From NCBI GenBank assembly GCA_030704615.1, contig CM060731.1:1054001-1118000 (forward strand): a DNA stretch of 64,000 nt. Reading direction: 5' to 3'. The stretch comes from Takakia lepidozioides. Taxonomy: Eukaryota > Plantae > Bryophyta. The notes below the pieces were generated by a model. It searched no databases. It was given only the letters and a program-made list of their open reading frames with translations, and was not told the DNA's origin. This document shows positions 36,757 through 50,529 of this stretch, in pieces. Position numbers and translations under genes: made by a program. Every line of letters starts with the position of its first letter. Positions within the stretch are counted from its first letter, which is position 1.

Positions 36757-37344
36757 TTTGGCGACCATACTGGGGAACTGAGTAATGAACAACCAGATGT
36801 GACAGGCATCTGGTGGGATCATGGTGGTTGGACCATTAAAGAATTTGAAGCGAATCAAATTACCTGTGGAACGAAGGAAGAAAGATTGTCCAAACAATTC
36901 TTTCAAAGGTTCTTGGAATTGCCAGACGGTTGTAAAGAAAATATTCTTAAGCGAGTGCATGATGCTGATCCGGAATGGGGTCTGGAGAAAGGAGTGATAA
37001 AGATTTATCAGGTAGCCTGTAGAGGAAGAGCACGTTGGTTACCAACGTTGGTTTATGTGATAGCATTGCTATCCATTAAGCGAGTAGAGTTTGAAGGCTG
37101 GGAGGAAAGAAAAGTGAATGTTTATACTCATATGCATGAAGAGCTTGTACTGGTAAAGAATTGGATTCCAAAGGATATTTTGTGGATCAAACTCACACCA
37201 AGAACAGCTTTCCAGACTTGTTTGCCATATGGTTATATGGTAACGGAGACTTCAAGTATAGCCAAGGGTGCATTGAAGCTTGAAAGAAACCCAGGCATAA
37301 ACGAGAGATATTACAGAAGAGAGTTTTGGTTATTGCCACATTAA
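36649..37344 (+). CDS. extra ORF of unknown function upstream of gag
   Basis: 231-codon open frame with its own TAA, conserved in copy 2. Differences from copy 2 are mostly synonymous. True start uncertain. Confidence 0.7.
   Translation: MTDCSARAEYLEISNSSILEFPPRIAKGWVSKSRATFGDHTGELSNEQPDVTGIWWDHGGWTIKEFEANQITCGTKEERLSKQFFQRFLELPDGCKENILKRVHDADPEWGLEKGVIKIYQVACRGRARWLPTLVYVIALLSIKRVEFEGWEERKVNVYTHMHEELVLVKNWIPKDILWIKLTPRTAFQTCLPYGYMVTETSSIAKGALKLERNPGINERYYRREFWLLPH
36759..36776 (+). promoter_or_regulatory. primer binding site, tRNA-Arg-like
   Basis: TGGCGACCATACTGGGGA, 2 nt after the LTR end; resembles the TGGCGACTCCACTGGGGA PBS of Tat/Ogre elements. Confidence 0.65.
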
Positions 37345-37365
37345 AAGAAATGAAAGACATGGGAC

Positions 37366-40300
37366 ATGAGTGATGAAAGAGAAGCTAGACGCCAGAGATA
37401 TTCAGCAAAAAGATAAAGCTATCTGAAAGCTAATTATCCATATCTTTGGGAGAGAGGAATAGACATAGGGGAATCATCTGGACCTCTCACACCATTAAGA
37501 TCAAAGAGTACATCACCCATACCGGAAGAACTAGAGTTGGATGCCACTCCTTCTGTTTCTTTGCAAGAAAGATTAAGGGAATTGGTACAGGAAGAAGATC
37601 AATCACGAGGTGAAAGATCTGAGGTACATCCCTGGATAAAAGATTTGACAGAAATCTTTGATAAGAGTTGGCATGGAACACCAAAAGCAGGAACTCCAGT
37701 TTCTGAAACGGAAGGTGAAGAAGGAAAGAAGATGTGGCAGAGCCAACGGAGAGTTCAGACTCTCCAACACCAGTACAGTTGAGTTACATGAGTGAAGAAG
37801 AAACCCAAGGGCAGAACTTGGAGGATGAAAACAGAGAGAAGAAATTGGAAGAGGAAGAATATGAAGAAGTAGACCCAACAGCTGAGGTTGAGACTACAAC
37901 CAGGACATCCCAACCCGTTGGACCTGGATCAAGTGGAGCACTTGGATCACAGGCCAACGAAGGTGTCGGCTCAGGGGGATCAGGCGGGCTGCCTGGATCT
38001 GGCTCTGGGGGGACAGGGAGTGTGGGAAGTAGTGCAACTGAAGCTAGGAATACTGTGAATATCGTGGGGCCGGAAGCAGGGAGTGCTCAAGGGCCACCAC
38101 TTGGTGGAAGATCCACCACAAAAACAACAGGTCCAGAAGGACCAACACCAGCAAGGGTGCCAGCACCTGTCAGTGGGCAGAAGGTAGGGCCACAGATGGC
38201 GTTACAACTCTAGTGCAACAAACAAGTACGCACTCAGGAGACATGTAGCCCCATGTGCCAACTACCCTAGTGGGCATGGTTGTTGAATGTCTCCCAACCA
38301 ACACGGGCAAAACCACCCTTTCCAATATATTCAGGAAAAGGGGATCCCGATGTACACATTAGCCAATTTGAGCACATGTGTATAGTGAACAATGAGAATG
38401 GCGATGATGCCAAGATGAGATTGTTTCCTTGTTCACTTATTAAGAAAGCAAGTGAATGGTATGCAAGATTCCCTGATAATCATTTCCTAACCTGGAATGG
38501 CTTGAATACAACATTTCGAAATAGGTTCAGGACAAGTAAAACTGAAGATGAAGTGTATGGAAGTTTACAACAGTTAAAGCAAAAGAAGCATGAAACTGTT
38601 GAAGAGTATATGGAAAAGATGGAATTGATGATGAAAAAGCTGGCTGCAGTACCAGCACCTGGTTTACAGAAGACTTGGTTTGTGAGTGGACTAAGACCAG
38701 AGTTGCAAAAGAAAGTGGATATGTTACCCCATAATACAGTGGAGGAGGCATTTGAAACTGCAAACAGAATTGAGCAATTGGGAATGCTCAGGAGAGAGAA
38801 AAGGGATGATGAGGACTCTGAGGATGAGTCAGATGAAGAAGAAGAGCAAGAACTAAAAGGAGAGTAAGAGAAAGGAGAAGTTGAAGAGGGATAACTATGA
38901 AAAAAGATTGGAAGAAATCTTGAAGAAGTATGCCACAGAGGCTGCAACACATTGGAGGAAGGGTGTATGGTGTGCAAAGTGCCAGAATGAAGGCCATACC
39001 ACCACAGAATGCCACATGAAGGAGAAACACTGTACTATCTGTAAAATGGATAACCATTCTATCGAGAATTGTTACTATAACAGAAGGACAGTTGCAAGAG
39101 AACCTAGGCAAGTAAGGGTGCATCAGGTGCAGCCCCAGCCAAGAAGAACAATGATCAGGACCACTATGGTAGGTCTGGTGGATATAACAATGGCATGGAA
39201 GGAAGAGGTAATTCAAGAGGAAATTACCAAGGAAATTCCAGAGGCAACTATCAGGGTAATCCAAGGGGGAATTACCAGCCCGGGAATCAGGATTATAGAA
39301 ATAATCCAAGAACAGACCAAGGGCGAGGACCCAATGGTGAAGAACTATGTTACTATTGTAATCAGCCAGGACATCGCAGGGCAGCCTGTGCATTCTGGAT
39401 AAGACACCAGAATGAGATGAGAGCTCCTGTGAATGAGGGCCCAGTGGTGGCAGCTCACATGGTTAGGCCATGTGTTGTACCAGAAGTAAGTACAATGATA
39501 GTAACAAGAAGTAAAGCCAAACTAATACCTCCAGTAGTAGAGGAAGAAGATGATAATGAAGGTGGCAATGATATGCCTGAAGATGAAGAGATTTGGAGAG
39601 ATGAGAAGGAACTGCACAAAGAAGTGGCAGATACCAAAGGGAAATCAGAAGAGTACTGATATTCCTGTGGCAAGATTCTCTGATTCTGATGAAGAAGAAA
39701 GGAGTGAGGATGAAAGGAAGAAAGAAGATGCAGACATGCAAAGTAATGAAGAGACTTTGGCTGAAGTAATATGCCAGACCAAAGCAAAATTACCATTGGA
39801 CAGCTATTAGCTTGGCACCTTATTTAGCCACAGGCTGTATCAAGCAATCAATCGAATTGCCCAGGAGACAGGAAAACAGACCTGAACAGCAAGGTGACCA
39901 GTTCTAATGTGAAGCTCGGAAGGGCGAGAAACAGTCATGGACTTTGATGATTCTAATGCCAGTAATCCAATTGAGAATTGGAAGCACAGAACTAACTGAT
40001 GTACTGATAGATTAAGGTTCTGGAGTGAATATCATGACAGACCAATTAAGGAAGAAGCTTGGTCTAAGTAACATGAAACCAGCCCCATTTACAGTAACAA
40101 TGGCAGATCAAGAAGTGTCAGCCATTGGGATTGATAAGAGGAGTTAAATACAGATACAGAAGATGATCTTTATATCACAGTAACTGTGTTGAAGATGGAT
40201 GAAGTCATGGAGGCTTACTCCCTTATTATTGGGACGTCCGTGGCTGAAACAGGCCAGGTATTCCATGACTGGAATTCTCAGTTACTAACCCGTGCATATG

Positions 40301-40410
40301 GGATACACGAGATACAAATTACCACAAGAAATCTAGTAAGAATTACCTGCTACAAGAAGACCTCGAGGAGTCAGAGAGTATGACTGGAAAGGAGGACTGG
40401 ATGAGGTCAT
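37366..40410 (+). pseudogene. gag-protease of family B copy 1, frameshifted
   Basis: MSDEREARR start, FPIYSGKGDPDVHISQFEHMC capsid, knuckles CAKCQNEGHTTTEC, CTICKMDNHSIENC and CYYCNQPGHRRAAC, then protease. Confidence 0.85.
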
Positions 40411-40689
40411 GAAACACTGCTCCTTGCCTTGATGCTAGCAGCTGACAATAATACCCTAGAATTGTTCCAGCAAACACCCCAACCCTACTTATCGTACTAG
40501 TTTTTACTTGTGTCTGCGTCCAACAGGCATTCACATTTTTGCCTGGATTGTTCCACCATTGATTGGTTCGGAAACGTATTCATTCCAGAGCTTCTCCACA
40601 TCTCTATTATCTGTTTTTCGATACTTTCCTGTCGACCACATTGGCAGTAACATGTCAAAATCACTCCAACACCACCATAGATCCACCAA

Positions 40690-42125
40690 CGAGGTAACTT
40701 GCAGAACATTTGGTACAATTCCAGCTTTGATGATATCCCCATGCACCTCTTTGCCCTTCTCCAGGGCGTCTGCCAGGCTTGCAAGCATTGCCAATGCACA
40801 CAAACATGATGTGCTTCCCCCATCATTTGCTCATAGGTCTCCAAAGCCTCCATCCCACATCCCTGCTGTGCATACCCTACAACCATCGCACTCCACGACA
40901 CCACATCTCGTTCAGCCATAGTGTCGAACACTCCCTTTGCATCCTAGATGCACCCACATTTTGCAAACATGTTCACCAGGGTTTTGTTCAGAATGACATC
41001 TGGTACAATTCCAGCTCTGAAGATGTCGCCATGCACCTCTTTCCCCTTTTCCAAAGCTGCTAGGGCAGTGTTCAGATTGACATTTGGCACAATTTCAGCT
41101 TTGATGATATCCCCATGCACCTCTTGCCCTTCTCCAGGGCTGTCAGGCTTTCACAAGCATTGCAAATGCACACAAACATGATGTGCTTCCCCCATCATTT
41201 GCTCATAAGTCTCCAAAGCCTCCATCCCACGTCCCTGCCGTGCATACCTTGCAAGCATCGCACTCACGATACCACATCCTCGTTCAGCCATAGTGTCGAA
41301 CGCTCCTTCATCCTAGATGCACCCACATTTTACAAACATGTCACCAGGGTATTGTTCAGATGACATCTATCTGGTACAATTCCAGCTCTGAAGATGTCGC
41401 CATGTACCTCTTTCCCCTTTTCCAGAGCTGCCAGGGCAGTGTTCATAATGACATTTGGCACAATTCCACCTTTGATGATATCCCCATGCACCTCTTTGCC
41501 ATTGTCCAGGGCTCAATGCACCCACATTTTGCATACATGTCCACCAGGGTATGGTTCATAATGACATTTTGTACAATTCCAGCTCTGAAGATGTCGCCAT
41601 GGACCTCTTTCCCCTTTTCCAAGAGCTGCCAGGGCAGTGTTTAGAATGACATTTGGTACAATTCCAGCTTTGATGATATCCCCATGCACCTCTTTTGCCC
41701 TTGTCTAGGGCTGCCACGCTTGCACAGCATTGTAAATGCACACAAACATGATATGGCCGGGCTTCACCCCTTCCCCCATCATTTGATCATAGGTATCCAA
41801 AGCCTCCATCCCACGTCCGTGTTGTGCATACCCTGCCCGCATCGCACTCCACAACACCACATCTCGTTCAAGCCATAGTGTCGAAAACTCCCTTTGCATC
41901 CTCAATGCATCCACATTTTGTATACATGTCCAGGTCAGAGCAGTGTTCAGAATGACATCTGGTGCAATTCCAGCTTTGACCGATGTCACCATGGACCTCT
42001 TCCCCTTTTCCAGGCTTGCACACGTATTGCAAACCCAAACAAACGTGATGTGGTTGGGCTTCACCCCTTCGCGCATCATTTGCTCACAGGTCTCCAAAGC
42101 ATTCGTACCACACCCATGCTTGGTA
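40690..42125 (-). pseudogene. PLS-class PPR pseudogene (tandem motif array with many indels)
   Basis: Repeated EKGKEVHGDIIKAGIVPNV, MFDTMAERDVVSWSAM and GMEALETYEQMMGE motifs. Confidence 0.85.
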
Positions 42126-42261
42126 ATCCTGCCAACATTATATTCCACGTGATCAAAGATCGTTGAGGATTTCTGTGTTGAACACTTGGTGATCATCCAT
42201 GATGCTCCCGTCACGGCGCCGCCACGTCAGCTTCCACATCGTCGTCCACGTCTGCGTCCAT

Positions 42262-45200
42262 TGTTAGAGGGTTGTCTGGGAATTAGACATTTTTACAGGT
42301 TCTGTGGGGTACCCTTAAGTTTGCGCAAACTTACGGATAGTAGACTTAGACCCATATAGGCCTTGGGGTGGGTAGACAGGGCTTACACAGTCAGTCACAG
42401 CCTTACACGGTTAGGCAGAGCTTGACACAGCTTGTCACAGTCTGACACAGCCTTATACAGCTTGTCACAGTCTGACACAGCCTTACACAGCCTATCACAG
42501 CCTATCACAGTCTATCACAGCCTGACACAGCCCGCCACAGTCCGACACAGCCAGTCACAGCCTGACACAGTTTGGCACAACCCATCACAGCATTCACAGG
42601 GAACGACTATTGTGGAACGACATCTGCAGAGGGAACGTGCATACTGTCTTGAATGACAGTTAATTAGTTAGGCGGTTAGAAGAGCTTGCAAGTAGAATAG
42701 GCAGAGTAGCAACAGAGGGGGATACTTCTTGGATCATGACTTGGTCATCCGGGAGGAAAGGACGATCTGGAGCGGAGGGATGGAGAGCGCAGTGGAGTAG
42801 GAGACCTGATCTGTTGATGCTTGATGAATGCAAGCTGTAGAGTTGAACTGTAGAGCAGAATAGAGACACCATGGCTTCGGCCTGATACTTGATAGATATT
42901 AATCTGATACATATTTCATACTCACACTGTGTAGAGAGACCTGGGATTCTTTCAGAGGTTCTTGGAATTGCCAGACGGTTGCAAAGAAAACATTCTTAAG
43001 AGAGTGCATGATGCTGATCCTGAGTGGGGTCTGGAGAAAGGAGTGATAAAGATTTATCAGGTGGCCTATAGAGGGAGAGCAAGTTGGTTACCAACACTGG
43101 TTTCTGTGGTAGCATTGTTATCCATTAAACGAGTGGAGTTTGAAAGCTGGGAGGAACGGAAGGTGAATGTTTACACTCACATGCATGAAGAACTTGTACT
43201 GGTAAAGAATTGGATTCCTAAGGATATCCTGTGGATCAAACTTACACCAAGAACAACTTTTTAGACGTGCTTGCCATATGGTTATATGGTAATGGAGTCT
43301 TCTAGTATAGCCAAGGGTGCATTAAAGCTTGAAAGAAATCCAGGCATATACGAGAGATACTACAGAAGAGAGTTTTGGTTATTGCCTCATTAAATATATG
43401 AAAGACATGGGACATGAGTGATGAAAGAGAAGCTAGACTCCACAGATATTCAGCAAAAAGAGAAAGTTATTTGAAAACTTGCTAATCATCCATATCTTTG
43501 GGAGAGAGGAATAGACATAGGGGAATCATCTGGACCTCTCACACCATTAAGACAGAGAGTCAACATCACCCATACCGGAAGAATCAGAGTTGGATGCCAC
43601 TCCTTCTTATTCTTTACAGGAAAGATTAAGGGATTTGGCACAGGAAGAAGATCAGCCACGAGGGGAAAGATCTGAGGTCCTTGGATTAAGATTTGACAGA
43701 AATCTTTGATCAGAGTTGGCATGGAACACCAAAAGCAGGAACTCCAGTTTTTGAAGCACAGGACAAAGAAGGAGAGGATGATGTAGCAGAGCCAACGGAG
43801 AGTTCAGACTCTCCAACATCACTGCAGTTGAGTTATATGAGTGAGGAAGAAGAAATCCAAGAGAAGAACTTGGAAGATGAAACAGAGAGAGAATTTGGAA
43901 GATGAAGAGTATGAAGAGGTAGACCCAACAGTTGAGGTTGAGACTACAACCAGGACATCCAACCTGTTGGACCTGGATCAAGTGGAGCACTTGGATCATA
44001 GGCCAACAAAGGTGTCGGCTCAGGGGGATCAGGCGGGCAGCTTGGATCTGGCTCTGGGGGGACAGGGAGTGTGGAAAGTAGTGCAATTGTAGCTGGGGAT
44101 ACTGTAAGTACAGAGGGGCTTGTAGCAGGAAGTGCTCAGGGGCCAACACCTGTTGGGAGTTCCACCACTACAACAACAATTCCTCAAGGACCAGCACCAA
44201 CAGGAGGACCAACACCTGTCAGTGGGCAGGGTGTAGGGCCACAGATGGCGGTACCTCCAACACGGGAAAAACCACCTTTTCCCATATATGCAGGGAAAGG
44301 GGATCCTGATGTACACATCAGCCAATTTGAGCACATGTGTATTGTGAACAATGAGAATGGCGATGATGCCAAGATGAGACCGTTTCCTTGTTCACTTATC
44401 AAGAAAGCAAGTGAATGGTATGCAAGGTTTTCTAATAATCATTTCCTAACCTGGAATGGCCTTAGTACAACATTCTGAAACAAGTTCAGGACAAGCAAAA
44501 TTGAGGATGAAGTGTATGGGAGTTTACAAAAGTTAAGGCAAAAGAAGCATGAAACTGTTGAAGAATATATGGAAAAAATGGAGTTAATGATCAAAAAGTT
44601 GGCTGCTGTACCAGCACCAGGATTACAGAAGACCTGGTTTGTGAGTGGACTAAGACTTGAATTACAAAAGAAAGTGGATATGCTCCATAATAACAGTGGA
44701 AGAGGCATTCGAAACAACCAACAAAATTGAGCAATTGGGAATGCTCAGGAGGTATAAGAGGGATGATGAGGACTCTGAAGATGAGTCAGATGAGGAAGAA
44801 GAGCAAGAGCTCAAGAGGAAGAGTAAGAAGAAGGAAAAGTTGAAGAGGGATAACTATGAGAAAAGACTGGAAGAAATAGAGGCTGCAACACATTGGAGAA
44901 AGGGTGTTTGGTGTGCAAAATGCCAGAATGAAGACCATACCACAGCTGAATGCCACATGAAGGAGAAACATTGTACTATCTGTAAAATGGATAACCATTC
45001 TAATAGAATTGTTATTACAACAGAAGACAGCTGCAAGAGAACCTAGGCAAGTGAGGGTGCATCAATGCAGCCCCAGCCCAAAAAACAATGATCAGGACCA
45101 CTATGATAGGCCTGGTGGATATAACAATGGTATGCAGGAAATCCAGGGGAATTACCAAGGCAATCCCAGAGCAACTATCATGGTATCCAAGGGGGAATTA

Positions 45201-48200
45201 TAAGCTAGGGAATCAGGATTATAGAAATAATCCCAGAACAGACCAAGGGCGAGGACCCAATGGTGAAGAACTGTGTTACTATTGTAACCAAGCAGGACAT
45301 CGCAAAGCAGCCTGTCCATTCTGGATCAGACACCGGAATGAGATGAGAGCTCCTGTGAATGAAGGGCCAGTAGTGGCAGCTCACATGGTTAGGCCATGTT
45401 TCGTACCAGAAGTAAGTACAATGATAGTTACCAGAAGCAAAACTAAACTAATATCTCCAGTGGATGAGGAAGGATGTTAATGAAGATGGCAGTGATGTGC
45501 CTGAAGATGATGAGGCTTGGAGAAATGAGAAGGAACTGCACAAGGAAGTGGCTGATACCATAAGGGAAATGCAGAAGGATACTGATATCCCTATGGCAGA
45601 TTCTTCTAACTCTGAAAGAGAAGATGAAGAAGGTGAAGAGAAAGTGAAGCAGAAGGCTTTCACAAGTGCAGGATAATGAAGGGACTTTGGCTGAAATAAT
45701 ATGCCAGACCAAAGCTGAGGTTACCATTGGACAGCTATTGGCTGTGGCACCTCATTGTAGGCACAGGCTGTATCAAGCAATCAATCAGATTGCTCATGTG
45801 ACCGAGAACATGGACCTGAACAACAAGGTGACAAGTTATAATGTGAAGCCTGAAGGGCGAGAAACAGTCATGGATTTATATGCCAGTAATCCAATTGAGA
45901 ATTGGAAGCACAGACTTGACTGATGTACTGATAGATGGAGGCTCAGGAGTGAATATTATGACAGATCAATTAAGGCAGAAGCTTGGTCTAAGTAACATGA
46001 AACCAGCCCCATTCACAGTAACAATGGCAGATCAAAGGAGTGTACAGCCGTTAGGCTTGATAAGAGGAGTAAAGATATAGATTCAGAATATGATCTTTAA
46101 GATCACAGTGATTGTGTTGAAAATGGATGATGTCATGGAAGCTTACTTCTTATTGCTGGTCGACATGGCTGAAAAAACAGGCTAGGGTATTCCATAACTC
46201 GAATTCCCAGTTACTGACTGTGCATGATGGGAAGCACAAGATACGGGTCACCACTAAGAAATTTAGTAGGCTACCTCCTACCAGAAGACCTCATGGAGTC
46301 AGAGAGTATGACTGGAGGGAGGACTTGATGAGGAGCAGACGCTACCCAACCCGTTTGCTGCACACCCAGAGTGGGAGTAGGGTCAAAAATGCAACTGGGA
46401 GGCCTGAGTTGCTTTAAATGTATCTGGTGTGTGCAGTAACAGCAACCCCATTGAGGGGAAACAAGTGTTTCCCACCACATTCTATGAGGAAAGAACGGAG
46501 AATAGAAATCCTAGAAGAACCAGCCACTGTGATTTTACAGGATGAAGTAGTGGCTGGAGGGACAATCACAGCTAAAGAGTAGGTGAGGGAAGTGAATGTG
46601 AGAACTGAGGAGGAACCAAGAATGGTGAAAGTAGGGGCTGACTTAGAGCCAGAATTCTTTGAGGAGGCTAAGAGCAGGTTTATCAAATACAAAGATGTAT
46701 TTTTCTTGGAGCTATGAAGATCTGAAAGGGATACCACCTGAGATATGTCAGCATAATATTGAATTGGAACCATGGTCAGTACTAATCAAACGGCAAGGTA
46801 CAGGATGATCCCACTATGCACAGAAGGTTGGAAGAGATTAAGAAGTTGGGTGAGGCTAAGTTCATATACCCGATAGAGTATACAACTTGGCTATCACCCA
46901 TTTTGTTCAAGGATGTACACAAGTATTACAAGAGTTGTGATGAGTGTCAGAGGCTAGGACCTTTACAAAGATCTGGGAAGATGGCTTTGCATCCTACGAT
47001 GTCTATTGAACCATTTCAGAAATGGGGACTAGACTTTGTTGGACCAATAATCCAACGGCCAGGAATACACAGAACAAGTATATAATCACACAGCCACTGA
47101 TATAACTACAAAGTGGGTGGAAGCTAAGGCTCTTAGGGACAACACAGCTAAGTCCACATCAAGGTTCTTATATGAGAACATACTCACAAGATTTGGCTGT
47201 GATCCCCTGGAATTTATCAGTGACCATGGAAGTCATTTCATTACCGAGACTAGAACTATTGACTAAAGAGTTCATGATTGTGCACAGGAAAGAGTACAAA
47301 CCTATTATTACCCACAGGTACGGGCAGAGCCACCAAATATTATGCACTACTATCTTGGCTAAGATAGTCAATGCAAACAGAACAGACTGGGATACAGACA
47401 GGACTTCATATAAAGTCACCACCAAGTATACACCATTACAATTAGTTTATGGATGGAAGCTTTAACTCCAGTTGAATTCTTATTACCTACCATGAGAACT
47501 GAATGGGGAAGGAGAATAGAATTGGAGGATTCAATTAAAGTAATGACCAGAATTCAGATGAAGAGGAAGGATCAGTTTGATGAAGGTAAATTGAAGATTT
47601 TTAAGACGGGTGACTTGGTACTGTGGTTGCAGAAGAAGGAAAAGATTAAAGCTTCTAAGCTTAAGTCACCATGGAAAGGGCCTTATGTCATACAGAAGAT
47701 GTATGATAACAACACAGCCATGTTACAAAAAACATTAACAAAGAGATGCTTGGAGAGTCAATGCCAATAAGTTGAAGGATACAGTGGTATCCATGATAGA
47801 CCATTGCCGCATTATTTGCATCTTGAAAAACAAATGCAGTCACAGACTACACCGGTAATACCAACGGAGCATGAAGCACTTGTCATAAAGCGGAATATGT
47901 ATAGCCATAGCAGAGGACACGGGTGTTCACACAGCCATCACAGCCCACCACAGTTTAAACACAACATATCACAGCCTACCACAGCTTGACACAGCCCAAC
48001 ACAGGTTGCACAGTCCATAGGGTCAGTGACAGGTGGACACAAGTTAGCGTCAGAAGAGTGACCGATAAGTGTAAAGGCAGTTTGGAAGTCAACCTCGGAT
48101 ATGTGCCAGCCACGCGGACAGATGGAGACGGTAGAGTGTTTGAATTCAAACACGTGGCCAATGGAGCAAAGCACTCCGCATTGCATGTACTGCAATAGCG

Positions 48201-48250
48201 GGCGCCATCATGCAAAAAGAGTTATCAGAGTCGTTGAATTATGTTGCAAG
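42262..48250 (+). mobile_element. Ty3/Gypsy family B copy 2, internally deleted (U5/PBS and RT/RNase H missing); 3' boundary approximate
   Basis: LTR start TGTTAGAGG at 42262. Jumps at ~42944 into the extra ORF, gag ATG at 43414, protease at ~45925, RT start fused at ~46900 to integrase (CDECQR, KWGLDFVGP, PWKGPY). Confidence 0.85.
42945..43393 (+). pseudogene. second copy of the family B extra ORF (5'-deleted, one CAG>TAG)
   Basis: 94/100 aa identical to the aligned block of 36649-37344; same terminal TAA. Confidence 0.8.
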
Positions 48251-50529
48251 TTAGGTCGTTGCGGATCTATGGTGGTTTTGGAGTAATGTTGACATGTTAC
48301 TGCCAATGTGGCAACATGTAGGTATCGAAAAATATATGAGAGGGACGAGGAGAAGCTCTGGAATGAATACGTTTAGGGTGACAGTCAATGCTGGAACAAT
48401 GGAAGCAAAAAGGTGAATGCCTGATGGAAGCACATGCAAGTCAGCAAAGGAACTACTGTCATAAGTAGGGTTGGGGTGTTTGCAGGAACAATTATACGCC
48501 GTCACTGTCAGTTGGTAGGAAGAAGGCAAGGATGTATCAATGATTTGTGGAGAGGCATGGACAGCTGAATGAGCAAGGATAGAGTGGGGTCCATAAGAAT
48601 TTCGGCGGGCCGGATTTCAAGCTCCACATTGCCTATGATTCATTGTGGATGCACAGGTACAACAAACAGACGGTCAAGCAAGCACAGTAGGAAACATCAT
48701 TCCTTGGAGTTCATATGTCGTCTCGTTTCCTACACTTCAATATCCTGGCATTCCATTTGCTGAAGAACGTTCAATGAGTGCCACTTAGTTAGTCTTGACC
48801 TGGAGAGATTAGTTATCATCTACTGATGCTTGGGTCAGGACTAATGCATTTCTGAATACATGACAGGCAAGGGAGTTATCTCTGGAAAGCTTCAGCTCTA
48901 CCAATCGTATGAGGTATGTAAACTATTTGTAATTTTACTTGCTTCATGGATCATATTCCCTCCACTAGGCATTGCTATTGGATATAAATTTCTGGTCTTA
49001 ATATCAGTAACGACTTAGTCCATCAATCTAGGATCAAATCAAGATACTCTATGTCATATTTCTGGCCTCCACTCTATGCTTCCATAGTAATCAGTTGATG
49101 TAATACTAGTCTAGCTAATTGTTAAATCCATTTATCTATGCTGAAAACCTCTTGCATATAATCTGATGATATTATTATTCTAAGTACAAACAGCCCTCAT
49201 CATTAGTGCTAGTGAATAAATAGATCCTAGTAATTCTATGAGATCAGTCTAGTACATAGTGAAAGAAGTAAATAACAAAGCTTAGTCTAAATTCCCCATT
49301 CTCCCATGATCATGAGACTCCAAGGCATAGATCAAAATCATCACTATATATTCGGCCAAACAGGCCTGATACACCAGCCTACTCACTGGTTATGAAAACA
49401 ACAAGGCACACTACATGCTTACACCTTCCTCGCTTCTCAATCCACTCCAAGTATCATATGTAAACTGGTGCTATCTTCTTCCTAGAGTTCTCATTTATAC
49501 GTGCTCACTCTCCTTCTTCACCACACAACACCACTGACTGCCCACATGGGCTCATAATATATTACAAACAGAGAATTTAAATCAGATTCTTCATCGTGGA
49601 ATGTCATGACAAGGCCGGGTATTATCCCCCTTGCCTTATCCCTACCTAAACATAAAATTGCAGCTACATTAATTTCATCCTCATCTCCTCGATCTTAGTT
49701 TGGTCTCAGACCATCCCTTTGCCCATACGGTGCGCCGATCACAACTTAATTCGCCATTTTTAGGATTCACATAGTCAACCTGCCAATTAAATTCCTTTGT
49801 CAAATTTTCATCCATGGTTTCACTTTTCATCCCCTACTTCCATCTGTTGACAAACAGATGAATGTATTTCAAGATTTTGTTTTCATCCTCTTCTCCATCC
49901 GTTGTACGAATTTCACTTGTTTCTCCATCTGTTCTCCATTTTCATCCATCACTGACCATTGGAATGAAAAAACACTGATCATCCTGCATCCATCCCTTTA
50001 CCCTAAATTCTCGTTGCATCATCTTTATACTTAGTCAATTTCGCTTTCCAGGTCCCGCTCCATGCCATCGTTCACTGCTTCTTGCTTTGCTCCTGCCATT
50101 GTTTTCTATTACCTGCTTTCGTCCTACAACGAAGCCACCTTCTTCACAATTCACCCTCTTTTTTCCCTCTTATCAGAATCAGCGCCAAATTTTCATGTTG
50201 AATCAGCAATTTAGCTGTTTGAGTTAACCTTTCATAGTTTGTAGTGATTCTGACCTGATTCTGCCAATGTGACAAAATCTAAAGAAAACATATATAAAAA
50301 CTGGTAACACAGATGAGGAGAAGCTGTGGAATGAATACATTTTCTGACCTCAGTCAATGGTGGGACAATTCAGGCAAGAAGGTGAATGCCTATTGGATTA
50401 TAGGGACTAGCAGAGGCATGGTGTGCTCATGGAGAAGGGGTAGAGTGTGGGTCCAGATTCATCCAAGAGGGCCAGATTTCAAGCATAAGATTACCTATTA
50501 TTCCTTGTGACGATAAAAAATAGGAAAAA

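Larger units (their letters stand above)
35698..40410 (+). mobile_element. Ty3/Gypsy family B (Tat/Ogre-like) copy 1, truncated after protease
   Basis: LTR 35698-36756 (TGTTAG...GCAACA), PBS, extra ORF, gag with three CCHC knuckles, protease VLIDxGSGVNIM. Confidence 0.88.

Noticed and set aside
48650-50235. gene or TE in this interval
   Set aside because: No ORFs or motifs I can support.
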